In this document: positions 1-47,492 of the stretch, piece after piece | Layout: each line of letters opens with the position of its first letter | Position numbering within the stretch: position 1 is the first letter of the stretch | From: Amoebidium appalachense | Taxonomy: Eukaryota > Protista > Ichthyosporea | Direction of reading: 5' to 3' | Assembly: GCA_963693365.1 (NCBI GenBank) | Contig: CAVNZM010000002.1 | Span: forward strand, 9,645,059 to 9,709,058 | DNA: 64,000 bases | The notes under the pieces: model-generated | Seen by the model: the letters and a program-made list of their open reading frames with translations, nothing else | The model's database searches: none | Told to the model about the DNA's origin: nothing | Translations under genes and position numbers: made by a program

Positions 1-389
1 TCACATCACGAGCCTTGGAGAGATTATCGTTCTGTCCTGACCACCTGCCATTATCAGCTGCGTTTTGTTCTCAAATATTCTTCTATCCTCCGCAAAGTAA
101 ATAGAAAAGGTTTGAGCTCTCAGCTATTTTTCACCACAATTACTAGAGCAATTATTAGAACAATTACTAGAGAGGCTTCCTTGAAGGTGCCAGTGCATGG
201 CAAGCTGGTACTGTCATTTCTACGAAGTGAACAAGCCTGAACGTGAAACACGACGTGCAGCAAACCATTCCCTTTTTGTGTGTGCATCTTGTGGAGACAA
301 ACACCACAATTCAATAAGAGGCTAAGCGTGTGGCATTGCAGGCATCTAGATCTGTAGCTTTCTCCTCGGACAAGGATCTTTCATAAACC

Positions 390-574
390 ATGGCGTCCAA
401 GCTTGCCACGTTGTTTTCTTCTGCGAAGAAGAAGGAAAAGAAAACGGAGCCTCAGGACCCGACAGCCCAACTGGAGCTGGAGTTTGCTAAGGTAATTTGC
501 CCTGTGAAGAAAAGCTGTCACAGTGTGTATAAGATGCACGGCTGCATCGGGGAAGATCTCCCAAGTTGTTATCC

Positions 575-618
<44 letters not shown>

Positions 619-994
619 GACGACCGTGGCCCCACCCGCGGATAGGCCCTGCTGATGATGCATAATCTTCATGTGCGCTTTCATTGTTCAGTCTATTGTT
701 TGTCTTAAACTTGCACTTGCACACAGTAATATTATTAATACACTGGCTTACGGGGCTTACGAGTCCTTCTCCCCCCCCCCCCCCCCCCCCCCCCCGCCCC
801 CGCCCCCCTACCCCCCCCACCCCGACCTCCCCTTCCCTTCCCCCACCCCACACACCCACACACAAACACCATTCCTTTTCTCTCAAGACACTCTCTGTGT
901 CTTGATGCCTCGTGGTGGTCCAGAGGTCGCTGTGAACCAAACGGGGGATTGAATTCAGGTGGCGGGGGCAGAGGGGGAGGGGAACGGGGGTGGG

Positions 995-1031
<37 letters not shown>

Positions 1032-1230
1032 AGGGTGGTTTCGGCTGTACATGCATGCTACGGGTTAACAGCTGCAACAGCCACTATCTATAGAATGTGA
1101 ACCGGTAGGAAGATGAAGTGCAACTATGGGAGCCTCGGTACATGACTTGCCAATGGTGCATCACCTGCCGTGCTTACTAGTCCTCAGTTTTATACAGATA
1201 TCGGCCTACGTATACCCTGTTCTCCTGTCC

Positions 1231-1261
<31 letters not shown>

Positions 1262-1374
1262 AAAAAAAAAAGAAAAGAAAAAAGAAAGAAAAGAAAAAAA
1301 AACACCAATACCTGCACACCCCACGCAATTGCACTCAGTAAAACACTACAATGCTTGTGCATTAACCAACCCCC

Positions 1375-1405
<31 letters not shown>

Positions 1406-2917
1406 AAAAAAAAAAAAAACACACACACACAACCCACACCCTCTTCATATGCCCAAGCCTCTGACATCCCCCCCCCCCCCCCCCCCCCTTCCCCCCTCCC
1501 CCCCCCCCCCCCTTCCCCTCTGAGCCTCACACGCACGCACACACATATACTTCCGGAAACAATGGCTGCTGATCTCTGCTATTTCTTATCACCACATCTT
1601 GCCGTATCTTTTTGTGTGTAACGTGTCACACTGTCAATTTTTGCATGCCTTTCAAGGTTATGCACTGCTTTCCAAGTCATGTAGCCCCTTTCCACCTACT
1701 CCCTTCTTCCATTCCTGCAGATCCGATCCACTCACCGGCCCTCCGTCCCCCCTCCCCCCTCCCCCTCCTCCCTGCCTCTCCCTGTACCCCCCCCCCCCCT
1801 CCCCCTCCCCTCCCCCCCCCCAAAAAAAAAAGCCCCTCACTGTATTACATGATATCGTCAATCCACTTTTATTCTCACACAGCAACCGACCATTTGTGTC
1901 TTGTTGACTTGCAGCCACCATATATAGCCACTGGCCACACTACTGGGGACCAAACTAACCACCCTTTTTCTCCTCATCCCCCCCCCCCCCCCCCCCTTCT
2001 CCCCCCCAAAACCCAAAAAAATAATAAAAAAATAAAAATAAATAAATAAATAAATAAAAGTAATAATAATAAGAAATCATCCCCCGGCCCGATCATCTCT
2101 CGTCATTCCCTGCATCTCACCTCCTTCTCCCTCCCTCCACCCTTCCCCATGAATCATTGACACACCCACGCACGTACACATACGTAAACAGCTGCAACTA
2201 AAGCTCGAGAAGAGCGCCAAGCCGTGCAAGCACTGTAAGGTACTTCACCCACCTGGTACGGCCTGCCGCAGGAGCGCAGTGCTTGCAGCCAGGGACCAGG
2301 AGAGAGATTCAAAGCTCGACGCCACACGCATGCGTTCCATCTCTTCCATCCGAAGCACAGACTCGGAAACCATGTATTCGCCTGCATCAACCCCTATCGG
2401 ATCACTGCGGTCCCTCCGGTTATCACCGCGCACCCCGACCTCACCTGGTGGTTTCAGAAATTTTTCACCCACCTCCGGGCCGCTCGAGACTATTTTCAGT
2501 ACTGAGCAGAATTCGTCGGGAGAGAGCACAACTGGTTCGTATGGATCCGGTGGGAGCGAGTTTGGGAGGGGGTTGGCGATGTCGCCGCAAGCCGGGCGGA
2601 GGAGGGGAAGGGAGGCGAGGCAGAAAAATCGGTTTGGCAACAGCAGCAGCCGATTTGCAAGCCAATCGGTGGATGAGCTTACTTCATTGGGTGTGGACAG
2701 GAACCAGAAATTCGCTGAGTCTGATATGACGCGTGCGAATACGGAGCCGGAATCGACCAGAGATCAAAAGTTGGATTGGGCGAGAATGGGCTCTTCCTCT
2801 TCTTCTTCTTCGAGTTCTGGGTCGGTGGGGTCTCCTGCCACCGTTTCAGCCAAAAACATGAAGAAAACGGTGAAGGGGGTGTCACTGAGAAATTCGCCGG
2901 TCGCCTACAAACGTTGA
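390..2917 (+). CDS. Hypothetical 275-aa protein, join(390..491,2192..2917): short coiled-coil, CxxCxxxHxxxxxC motif, long Ser/Arg-rich disordered tail
   Basis: ATG in aaccATGg context; donor AAG|GTAATT at 492; acceptor aaacAG at 2190-2191. Phase-0 join reads AQLELEFAK-LQLKLEKSAKPCKHCKVLHPPGTAC and runs into ORF 2279..2917. The intron is poly-C rich on the sense strand, like other introns here. Extra internal exons cannot be excluded. Confidence 0.6.
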
Positions 2918-3441
2918 GAGTGGTCAGCGTGAGTGCTGCGGTGACCCTTTGTCAGCTAATCATGATGATAATTGTTTAAGAGGGAGTGGCTATTTTTAAT
3001 TTTTATTTGATAGTTTTAGTACTCAATTGAATTTTATTTTCTCTTATCACAGTTACAGTGAGGTGCCCGAGGCTCTGTTAGGTAACGGATACCCATATAT
3101 GGTGAATGGCCTTATGATATCATTCTATTTTCACGGTGTATATACATCATGCGGGGGGGCTGGGCCTGAATGTCGACACATATGTAACTGGGGCAATGCA
3201 AGTCTGACTTAGTGCTTTTTGAATTAATAACCGTGTCGGGCCTGAACTTGTGTTTTGTGATTGAATTTTTTCATTTTTTGTGTTGGATGTGCCATTGACA
3301 TGACAGATTCGTGACCTACCTCGGTTTTGTATTGAAATATATAAGTGTGACATATGTACAACATGGTCCGGCCCATTTTTCAGTATTGAATAAAAACTCG
3401 GTACTTTGAATACCTGTTCTTGTGACCCAGGCAGGTGATAA

Positions 3442-4535
3442 CGTCTTGCTTATAACCAGAGAGATCGTGAATCGGAATATAAGTATCTAGGTATCCCCAT
3501 TTCCTATGATGGTATTATGTTCCATGACATGGTTTCCTCCCGTGTTTCCAAAGCCAAAAAATGTCTAAATTGGTATAGAATTAACCACCTGTCTGTCATA
3601 GGAATCATCCACCCCTCTAATCGACTTAAGCTCTTCAAAGTTTTTGTTCGTCCTTTATGTGAATACGGTTTGCCCCTTTTAGCTTTAGCCCCTGCCGTCG
3701 TATATCAGGAAGCACTTAAACATTTAATTTCTTTTCAGTATGGAGAGGTTAATAAGTTTTTAGTTGGTAGTGGTACCCCCTTCCCCTATCGGTTATTTGA
3801 TTGTATCTTTGCACTCACACAACCCACACATCGCATGCACACACTCGCACTTCGCTTTTACTTTCACATCGAACGCCTACAACGCAGTGCACCCAATCAC
3901 CCACAGATTCCGTCACCACTTCTCACTCCCCCGCCCCCCTGACCTCCACCTTTTCCCCAATCCCTCCAAAATCTCTGCTTCGTGCCTTTAAGACTTACTG
4001 CACTACACTCCCACCCCATCCCAACCTTCACGACACTCCCCTCCTACACACACGCATGGACCGCTTTTTACACGCACAACACAAAGCACGCATATCCACC
4101 ACATTTAACGCAAGCACCCGCATACACAAACCGTTAGTGCAGTATGTTTGCTCCACATGCCGTGAAAAACGGTCTCTAGCCGATAGTATCGTGGGTTTCC
4201 CTAGTGGTTTATCAGCACAGTGGTCTCTTCAAAGGTGTGGTAATCGGTTCCTGATGTTTCCTAGACGGTGGTGCCCTAGTGGGTCACACCCTTGGTGCCG
4301 TAGCTGTGTGGGCCGGTGTATTGTGTTCCCCTTTGTTCCGTTAGCCACCCTGGCTTCCTTTTCTCTCACACTCCTCACCCACCTATCCACTTCTCGTCAC
4401 CCTGCACAACACTTTACCATCATTGAATTCTTTCTTGACACGGGTAAATTTCTCATTGCCCAACTTTGTTTCCAATACCAGCGCGCTCACGTCACACATC
4501 GTGACGTAATACAACCACCCTCCCAACCTGGTTAA
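3442..4535 (+). mobile_element. 5'-truncated, frameshifted non-LTR (LINE-like) retrotransposon fragment: RT C-terminal/thumb region plus Cys-rich C-terminus
   Basis: Frame of ORF 3517..3942 extended upstream reads EYKYLGIPIS (YKYLG RT motif at 3478), then RLKLFKVFVRPLCEYG, typical of the non-LTR RT thumb. It continues after frameshift(s) near 3900-3960 into ORF 3801..4535 with CPSGSHPWCRSCVGRC. No TSD found. Confidence 0.7.
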
Positions 4536-4598
4536 TTAGCTCCTTTTCTTTCTTCCTTTCTTAATTTCTCTCTTCCTTTTCTTTTCTTTTTTCTTTTT

Positions 4599-4634
<36 letters not shown>

Positions 4635-5335
4635 TTTTTTTTTTTTTTTTTGAGTTGTCTTAGATACTCTGTCTGTAAGGTGTGTGCCTTTAGCGGCCGT
4701 GGCCGTGTAGTAGGTACCATTAATAAGGGGTGGCTCTCGTCTGTATTATGATGTACATATATCATGCATATGGGACACATTTTGTGTTTCCGGATTGGCC
4801 GGAGGGAGCGGCCAATAAAGTGCAATGATCCCGTGAGAGGTCGGGGGGAGAGAAGGAGAAGGGGCCCGGGGGGGAAGGGGGCCCCCCGCCCGGGGGGGGG
4901 GGGGGGGGGGGGGGAGGGGGGGGGGGGGGGGGGGGCAAGAGAGATAAAGAACAAAAGAGAAGAAAGAGAGAGAGGGGAGGGGAGGGGGAGGAGAGAGAGA
5001 AAGAAAGAAAGAGGGAAAGAGAGAGAGGAGGGGGGGGAGGGCCTCCCCCCGGGAGAGGGAGAGGGAGAGGGAGAAGGAGAGGGAGATGGGGGGGGGGGGG
5101 GGAGGGGGAGATAGAGGAGGGAGAGAGAAAGGGTGGGTGGGGGGGGGGGGGGGGGGGGGAGGGGGGGGGCGGAGAGGGAGTCTCAGAGGGACTAGGAGGG
5201 AGAGGCAGAGGGAGAGGCAGAGGGGGAGAGACAGAGAGATAGAGAACGAGAGGGGGAGGGTCCGGGAGAGAGTGTGTTCGCATGCGCAGTGTGTGTGCAG
5301 TGCATGTGTGTGTGTGCGGTGTGTGTGTGTACACG

Positions 5336-5453
<118 letters not shown>

Positions 5454-6030
5454 GGGGGAGGGAGACTCGAGAGGCGTGCGTACTCCTGCCGCGGTGAAGT
5501 CATGCCCAATCGATGTCAAGCAGCGCGATGATTGGACAATCTTGTCAAATTTCCGATTGGCTGAGTTTGTTTAAAAGGTTATCCAAAAGCATTCTAATCG
5601 GTTTTCACAATTCACAGCCGTAGTGCATAATTGTATAACTGTACAGCTGGAATCGATAAAAAAGAACAAATATATGCTCTACCTATAATTAATTTAATAC
5701 AGTGTATATAAAGCCTAACTTAGGAAAAAACACTGGCCCGTGTTTCGTTTCTTGATGATTTACACGTACCAGAGAGGTCGCTCAGAGGTCGCTCGAGGCG
5801 GGTTTACGTGGTGCATACCTTCTCCAGATGACAGGAATTTGGTGATCCAACGGCAAACGATAAAATTCTCGTTAGCCAATCAAAATGATTCACAGGAAAC
5901 GCAAAAGGTATATAAACAAGTCGGTCACGCTCAGTCAGACAGAACACATCAGTCGCCACACCACATTAAACGCCACTATTGTAATCATTTTCGGAAGCAC
6001 ATCAAAAATCGTTGACAATCTTTTAATAAA

Positions 6031-7463
6031 ATGTCTCTTTCCAGCATGCACAGCCTTCCCCTCATGGTGCTTGCAGCGGCCAGTGCGCATGCATGCAGTG
6101 ATGTCTTGCTCCGCCATCGCGTTTCGTCGTTCGGCCAGGCGGTTTCAGCTCGCACAATGGACTGGGGGATACCTGACTTTCAAGCTGGAGTCCTTTGGAC
6201 GCGGCCACGACATATGGGAGGACTTGAAGCCCAAGGGCTGTGAGGATTGCCCCCTTACCCCCGTATCTGCAAAGTACGGCGCCGTATTTATCAACGCCCT
6301 GGACAAAGAAGTCGTCGTGGATGCATGGCATGAACGAAGCAGGACTCTCCATAGGAACGCTTGCTCACCGCATCGCCAAGTATCCCCTGTACACTCCAGC
6401 CGACCCTCGCCCCATCATGCCCGTGTACAGCATGCCTGCCTACATTCTTGGCATGTGTGCGGACGTCGACTGTGCGCGCGAGGAGCTTGAACGGTGGCAG
6501 GTAGTGGATGCCACGCACCCGGCCCTCAATGTTCTGGGGGGCTCCTTGAGTCTTCACTGGGTGGTGCACGATGTGAACGGCCGCACTTTGAACGTGGAGT
6601 TTGTTCCCAACGACGCAAGCGCCCTTGCACCTGAGTGCTTTGCTCGTGACGTGAAAACTCGACCCGAAGCCGGAGCACGCATTTGCGTCTATGACAATGA
6701 GCCTGCCGTCTTCACCAACAACCCGTTCTGGGAGCAGCAGCTGCAGCAAGCAAACAGCCGGCTGAACACCACAAACATCTCCGCCGTGGCAGATGCCCCA
6801 CGCGAGGTGTTGCAGAAGGCACAAACACAAGCGGGCTCCTTCGAGTCTGCCGACCGCTTTGTGCATCTTGTGGTGCTGCAGGAGACAGCACGCCGGGCAG
6901 GCAACCAGTGGCTTAACTGGACGGGCAGTGTCTTCGAGCAGTCGGCTGCTGGAAAGACTCCCTCCTTCGTCAACCCCGACAGAAATTTGGACGCGGTGGC
7001 CGAGGCGCAGCTCATGATTGGGCGGGTAAGTCGTGCCATGGGTGGCTACGACTTCGACACGTACCGCGGCACCACGTGGTGGACCGTTATTCGCGACCAC
7101 ACCAGCAGAAAGTACTACTACCGCCTGACTGCCCGGCCCAACCTCATCGAGATCGACCTTGCGGATTTGGCCCTCCATGACGACGATCGTTCTCGGCCCT
7201 CCGTGCCCCTCAACACCGACATGCACCTGCCCTTTGCCCCCAAGGGCCACTATGCACTTCTTGCTCAGCCCACCCCTGTGGCCGGTGCTGGTGCAGTGGC
7301 ATCAAACCCATCTACCCTCGAGTGGGTGACCCTCGCACTGCTTGTGGCCAACCTGGTGGTCGTGTTGCTTGTTGCTGCTGTCGTTGGATGGCAGGCGGTG
7401 AAGGGAAGAAAAGGCCTAAGGGCTGACAACGACACCAGTTATATTAGCAGCATTAAAGCCTAG
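6031..7463 (+). pseudogene. Intronless choloylglycine hydrolase / penicillin V acylase family (Ntn-hydrolase) gene with signal peptide and C-terminal TM helix; two frameshifts
   Basis: Frame A (from 6031): signal peptide, AHA|CSD (N-terminal Cys nucleophile), SARTMDW. Frame B: FGRG..SAKYGAVF..VVVD. Frame C (to 7463): GMNEAGLS, LHWVVHD, FTNNP, SADRF, TWWTVIRD, TM segment WVTLALLVANLVVVLLVAAVVGW then KGRK. Removing one G from G5 at 6164-6168 and GCAT at 6323-6326 restores one ORF. Could be assembly error rather than a true pseudogene. Confidence 0.75.
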
Positions 7464-7875
7464 CAAGTATATGGCGCTGTTCCGGATAGTACTGCTACGA
7501 TAGGCCGGGTGTTTGTATATATGCCTAGGGCCTAAATAAACAATATATCTCAGTAACCGCTCATAGATATGCGGTGTGAGATAAAGTTTCTAGGTCTACT
7601 AGTATTTACTGTTTGCAGTAGGCTACATTCTGTTTAACTTAAATTGAGATAATGAGATACTAGTACTGTGATATATTGTCATGTGCATAAGTCATGATTC
7701 AATGTTTACTTCAACTATCCACTGTGTACTGTGGTTGCACTGTTCTTAATTCCACAGGTCCGACAAAACAGCCGAGTAAAAATAAACTTTGAATGGTGAT
7801 AAAGTTAACGATTGCCTCAGAGTCATTCAAATGTGGACGGTGTGTGTCACAGTGTGTGTGTGTGGGTGTGCACGG

Positions 7876-7945
<70 letters not shown>

Positions 7946-7958
7946 GCGCGTGCCTGTG

Positions 7959-8052
<94 letters not shown>

Positions 8053-8251
8053 TGCGCGCGCGCGTGTGTGTGTGCGCGGACGCACGTGCGCGCATGTTCT
8101 TGTGTGTGCACGGGAGCACCTACTCATGTACTTTACAGTAACACAAATTCGGGATCATGTTATACGGGGTTGCCTTAAAAATAAGTCATAGCTTGATTCT
8201 GGGTGGTAAATTTCCATACTTCACTGTCAGATAATGCATGCACACACATGT

Positions 8252-8313
<62 letters not shown>

Positions 8314-8639
8314 ACACATACAAACACATGCGCGCGCACGTGCACACACACAAACACACACACTCAAAAAAAGGGTAGAAAAAAGAAAGGGTAGAAAAGA
8401 AAAGGAAACCGCACACTAGTTGTGCCATGCCTGTGGTACAGGCTAGGTCCGTGCAGCATTGGTAGCCATCCTGTGGCTGGTACCCGCCTCAATAACCGTT
8501 GAATTATTTGGAAGGTTGGGAGATGGAAAGATCACAACACACACACAAGCACACGGCACGCACAGGCACACATGTGCACACGCGCACGCACGTGCACCAG
8601 CATGTGCACACGCACGCGCCCATACAGAGGGTGAGAGGG

Positions 8640-9132
<493 letters not shown>

Positions 9133-9678
9133 GGGGATGGAGGGGGGAAGGCCCGAGGGGAAGGAAGGGCTGGGGGGGGGTTTCGGAGAGAGACAGCGAA
9201 AGAGAGATAGATAGACCGAATGAGAGGTTGGGGGGGGGGGGGGGGGGGGAGGGGGGGGGGGGGGAAGCACAGAGGCGGAGGTTGGCCGAGCGAGGGAGGG
9301 AGGGTGAGGGCGGAAGAGAGAGGGAGGGAGGGGGGTGGGAGGGTGCGAGGGAGGGTGGGAGGCAGAGAAAAAATGTCACTGATGTATGTGAAAAATCCTC
9401 ACACTCCATCGTGTATGTACGACCGAGGTGTAACAGCCCGTGCTGCGATTTCGCCGTTTCGAATTCGGGTATATATGGGGGGCCCTGAGGGAGGGATTCG
9501 AGGGAGGGAGGAAGGGAGGGAGGGATGGAGAGAGGGAGGAAGGGGGGGGGGGGATTGAGGGGGGAGGAAGGGAAGGAGGGATGGAGGGAGGGAGGAAGGG
9601 AGGGAGGGATGGATGGAGGGAGGAAGGGAGGCTCCGAGGGAGGGATGGAGGGAGGGAGGGGGGAAGGGGGGGATATAT

Positions 9679-9712
<34 letters not shown>

Positions 9713-9834
9713 GGAGGAGGAGGAGGGGGGGGGGGGGGGAGGGGAGGTAGGGAGCGAGAATTGAGGGAGGGAGCCTCGGAGGCTTAGGGGAGGAGGAGAT
9801 TGCCGTGGAAGGAGAGCTACTGTAGCGGGGGGGC

Positions 9835-9880
<46 letters not shown>

Positions 9881-10423
9881 GACTCAGGAGTCGGACGGAA
9901 GCCGTCCGCAGATGACCAAACCCAGCATGAACCAATCATCAATGACAGTCACCGAGCCACATTCCTGGGATTCCGCTTTCCCCCCGGACTTTCAAAGTAC
10001 CTGGTAAGCCACTGCACGGCTTGCATGAAACACAGTACCACAAATGCTATTCCCATACACTAAATACAACCCTTAAAGATAAATCTGTCTGGGTTGTAAT
10101 ACCTTGTGATGTTCAAATGAGACTTTTGGATTAAATGGCGCTCAGGTGGCGTGCTAAAGTTACCACCAACTCACCCTCATGATCACTGACTTTCCAAGTC
10201 TGGGTGTCTAAGGGGATAAAATCTGTTAACATTGTCCAATCACCAGCGAGATCAAGTCCCCCGGTAGTATATGAAGAAAGTGCCGAGGGGCACTCTACAC
10301 AAAACAAAACCAAAACAAAGAAAACATAACAAACTCTTGCCGCGACGATACGATTATCCCAGACGTCCCACCACTACCAAACCCAACACACCACCAAAGT
10401 AACCGCACTACTTCACATCAACC

Positions 10424-10787
10424 ATGGTCAACCTCTCCCCCATCCTTCCCGTGGCCGCCTTTGCTGCGACATTTCTTTTCTGTTGCTATCGGTGCAATCG
10501 TCACAGACGTCGACTCGACTGAGCCCGCCCCCGTCACTGCGACCCAAGTCACCTGCGGGCAGTGGGTGAACAGGACCATCCGGTGGGGCGACTATGTGTG
10601 CGCCGGGCAGAGGGTGAAGACTAATTTGGTGTGTGTGGAGCTGGCGGCCCAAAACCCTGCGGCCACTGCTAAGGCAGCTGCTGATGCGGTGCAGGTTGAG
10701 CCGTGGTGCAGCGAGTTGGTCGCGCTGCCCGTGATTGTAATCAAACAAAATTTTGTTCTTGCCAGGTTTTTCCAGAAGTCCGTGTAA
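10424..10787 (+). pseudogene. Small (about 120 aa) intronless secreted protein with 4 Cys, interrupted by a +1 frameshift
   Basis: caaccATGg at 10424 reads MVNLSPILPVAAFAATFL. Deleting one T of TTTT 10476-10479 joins it to ORF 10461..10787 (SVAIGA-IVTDVDSTEP..TCGQW..VCAG..VCVE..WCSE), completing a plausible signal peptide. A-rich leader upstream. Confidence 0.45.
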
Positions 10788-11190
10788 TTTTGCAGAAGCG
10801 TTGTGTGCACCTCGTATGTATATGTGTGCCTATGTGTTCATGTGAAGTTTTATTAATGGCTTGGTTACATGGGCCCTGTATAAACTTTATTAGGGAGTGT
10901 GCGAGATCATCCATAGAGTCTAAGTATCATTGTCAAAAAGTCCAAAAATGATATGGTACATGCAGTAGTAGAAAATGCGCGCATGATCCCCACTAATATT
11001 AGCAGGGCTGGGACAAGCTTGTGTATTGATAATAGTATTTAGGACCGGTGAACCATGAGCACCCTGGCTAATGTACAGCTGGCTAGTGTACAGCCGGTGC
11101 TAGTGGAAGATGCCATGGTGTTTCTTTTGCCTTAGGCTAGAAGGGCATACATTAAAAAATAAAAAATCAATCAAAAATTATAGAATGGTT

Positions 11191-11305
<115 letters not shown>

Positions 11306-11361
11306 AACACAAACACAAACACAACACACACACACACACACACACACACGCATACACACGT

Positions 11362-11469
<108 letters not shown>

Positions 11470-11504
11470 AGAGGGATAGAGATCTAGAGAGAAGGAGGGG
11501 GGGG

Positions 11505-11549
<45 letters not shown>

Positions 11550-11588
11550 AGAGGGATAGAGATCTAGAGAGAAGGAGGGGGGGGGGGG

Positions 11589-11677
<89 letters not shown>

Positions 11678-11848
11678 CGCTGGGGGGGAGGGGGTGGGGG
11701 GGAGGGGGGGGGGGGGGAGGAAGGGAGGGAGGGAGGGATGGAGGGAAAGAGAGAGAGAGAGAGAGACAGAGAAGGAGAGAGAGAGGGGGCGGGGGGGTGA
11801 TCTGAGAACAGCTGAACCCTAAAGAGGTGTAATCACAAGCCAGTTTAC

Positions 11849-12056
11849 TTTACCCACCGGCGTGGCTGGGGTTGATACCCTGGGCAAAGTGTGTACATAT
11901 AGTTAGGACTGTTATAGGTGTGTTAGTTTTAGCTAATAGCATCGTAGCGCCCTAGCTAGAGTACTGTCGGTGCTGGGTGGAAGACGGTAGTTCCCCCTGA
12001 GGGCCCCTAGGGGTACCTCCGGGAACAAAACGGGATAAAAAAAAATAAAAAATAAA
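11849..12056 (+). mobile_element. 208-bp retroposed insertion (LINE/SINE 3' end) with A-rich tail and 14-bp TSD
   Basis: ACAAGCCAGTTTAC occurs at 11835-11848 and 12057-12070. The insert ends in ataaaaaaaaataaaaaataaa, with a GC-rich possible stem-loop (ccccctgagggcccctagggg) just before the tail. Confidence 0.8.
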
Positions 12057-12183
12057 ACAAGCCAGTTTACAGAACGAATGTGTAAATGGACAAATGTTTA
12101 TTCATGTCACCTCCAGCCCAACCGTTCAAATAATCACTACCGTCGGGTAGGTGGGTGGGTGGCCACGGGTGGGTGGGAGGGGG

Positions 12184-12248
<65 letters not shown>

Positions 12249-13305
12249 ACGGGGGGGAGGGGGGAAGGGGAAGGGGGGCTTCATGAATCATGATACACAT
12301 CTAATGATTGCACTTGCACGGGCCTAGGTGTTGTCTAGTTTGAACTTTCTCCGTGAATCCTGGGGATGCCATATTACAAAATCTTTTTATATTCTCTCTC
12401 TCTCTCTCTCTCAAATTTTTTTTGCACTTTGTGAGCAACACTGTGAGCAAAGCAGCCTTGGACTCCAGCGGCATGAACTCATCTACTTTGTTAAAAAAAC
12501 GTCACACGTTCGAACAATACATGGCCGGATATTAAATGTGTTTTCTCACACGATTTCCAAAAACCGAGCCTAGATATATATTTGGTGATTCTTAGATGTA
12601 CACAGGATACTCATTGATACATACGGTGGCATGTAAAACAGAGATATCTATCACTTTTATAGACAGACTGAAGTACAAAGTGCATAGTATTGTAGCGACT
12701 ATATTTCATGTGTGTTATTGTTCACCTTCCATGCATGTCTTGGGATGTATGAGTGTGAATGTGAGTGTGAGTGAGTGAGTTGAGTAATAGTGTGTGCATG
12801 TGCCTGAACGAGCACTTGAATACGTGGAAGACTTCAGTGACACTTCACCTCCTCCTAGCAAAGAATTTCGGCGGTACACATCCAGGACCTCCCCCCCCCC
12901 CCCCCCCCCCTCCCCCCCCCCCCCTCCCCTCCCCCCCCCCCCCCCCCCCCCCCCCTCCCCCCCCCGCAATACAACCAAATACCAACACCACAAAATACTA
13001 CTGCTATCCCCACGCAGGAATTCCTCTCGTTAAGAATAATCCAGAACAGAGATTGATCGTCTTCTTTCGTACCAGGAAAAAAAAATGACGCATATACCTC
13101 GCAACGTTACATGCACATATCTCATTACCACGAGGATACAAATAACATGCACTCAAATACTATTCGTAAGCACGATAATTGTACTATTCGGAAAACGTTC
13201 CCAGGGTCTCCCAATCATTTTACATTTTATAAAGCTTACATTTTATAGACCTTTAAAACTTTTAAAAAACCAGTCGTAGGAAAACTTAAAACTTTGTGTG
13301 TGCAA

Positions 13306-47492
<34,187 letters not shown>

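Noticed and set aside
6190-6311. An intron that would bypass both hydrolase frameshifts
   Set aside because: The donor GTCCTT is weak, and splicing would delete the conserved AKYG segment and the Asp of DGMNE.
6291-7250. 319-aa antisense ORF
   Set aside because: Shadow of the GC-rich hydrolase coding strand; no motifs.
9886-10063. Possible exon or RT remnant (TFLGF motif, GTAAGC donor)
   Set aside because: Too short; no partner exons or supporting motifs found.
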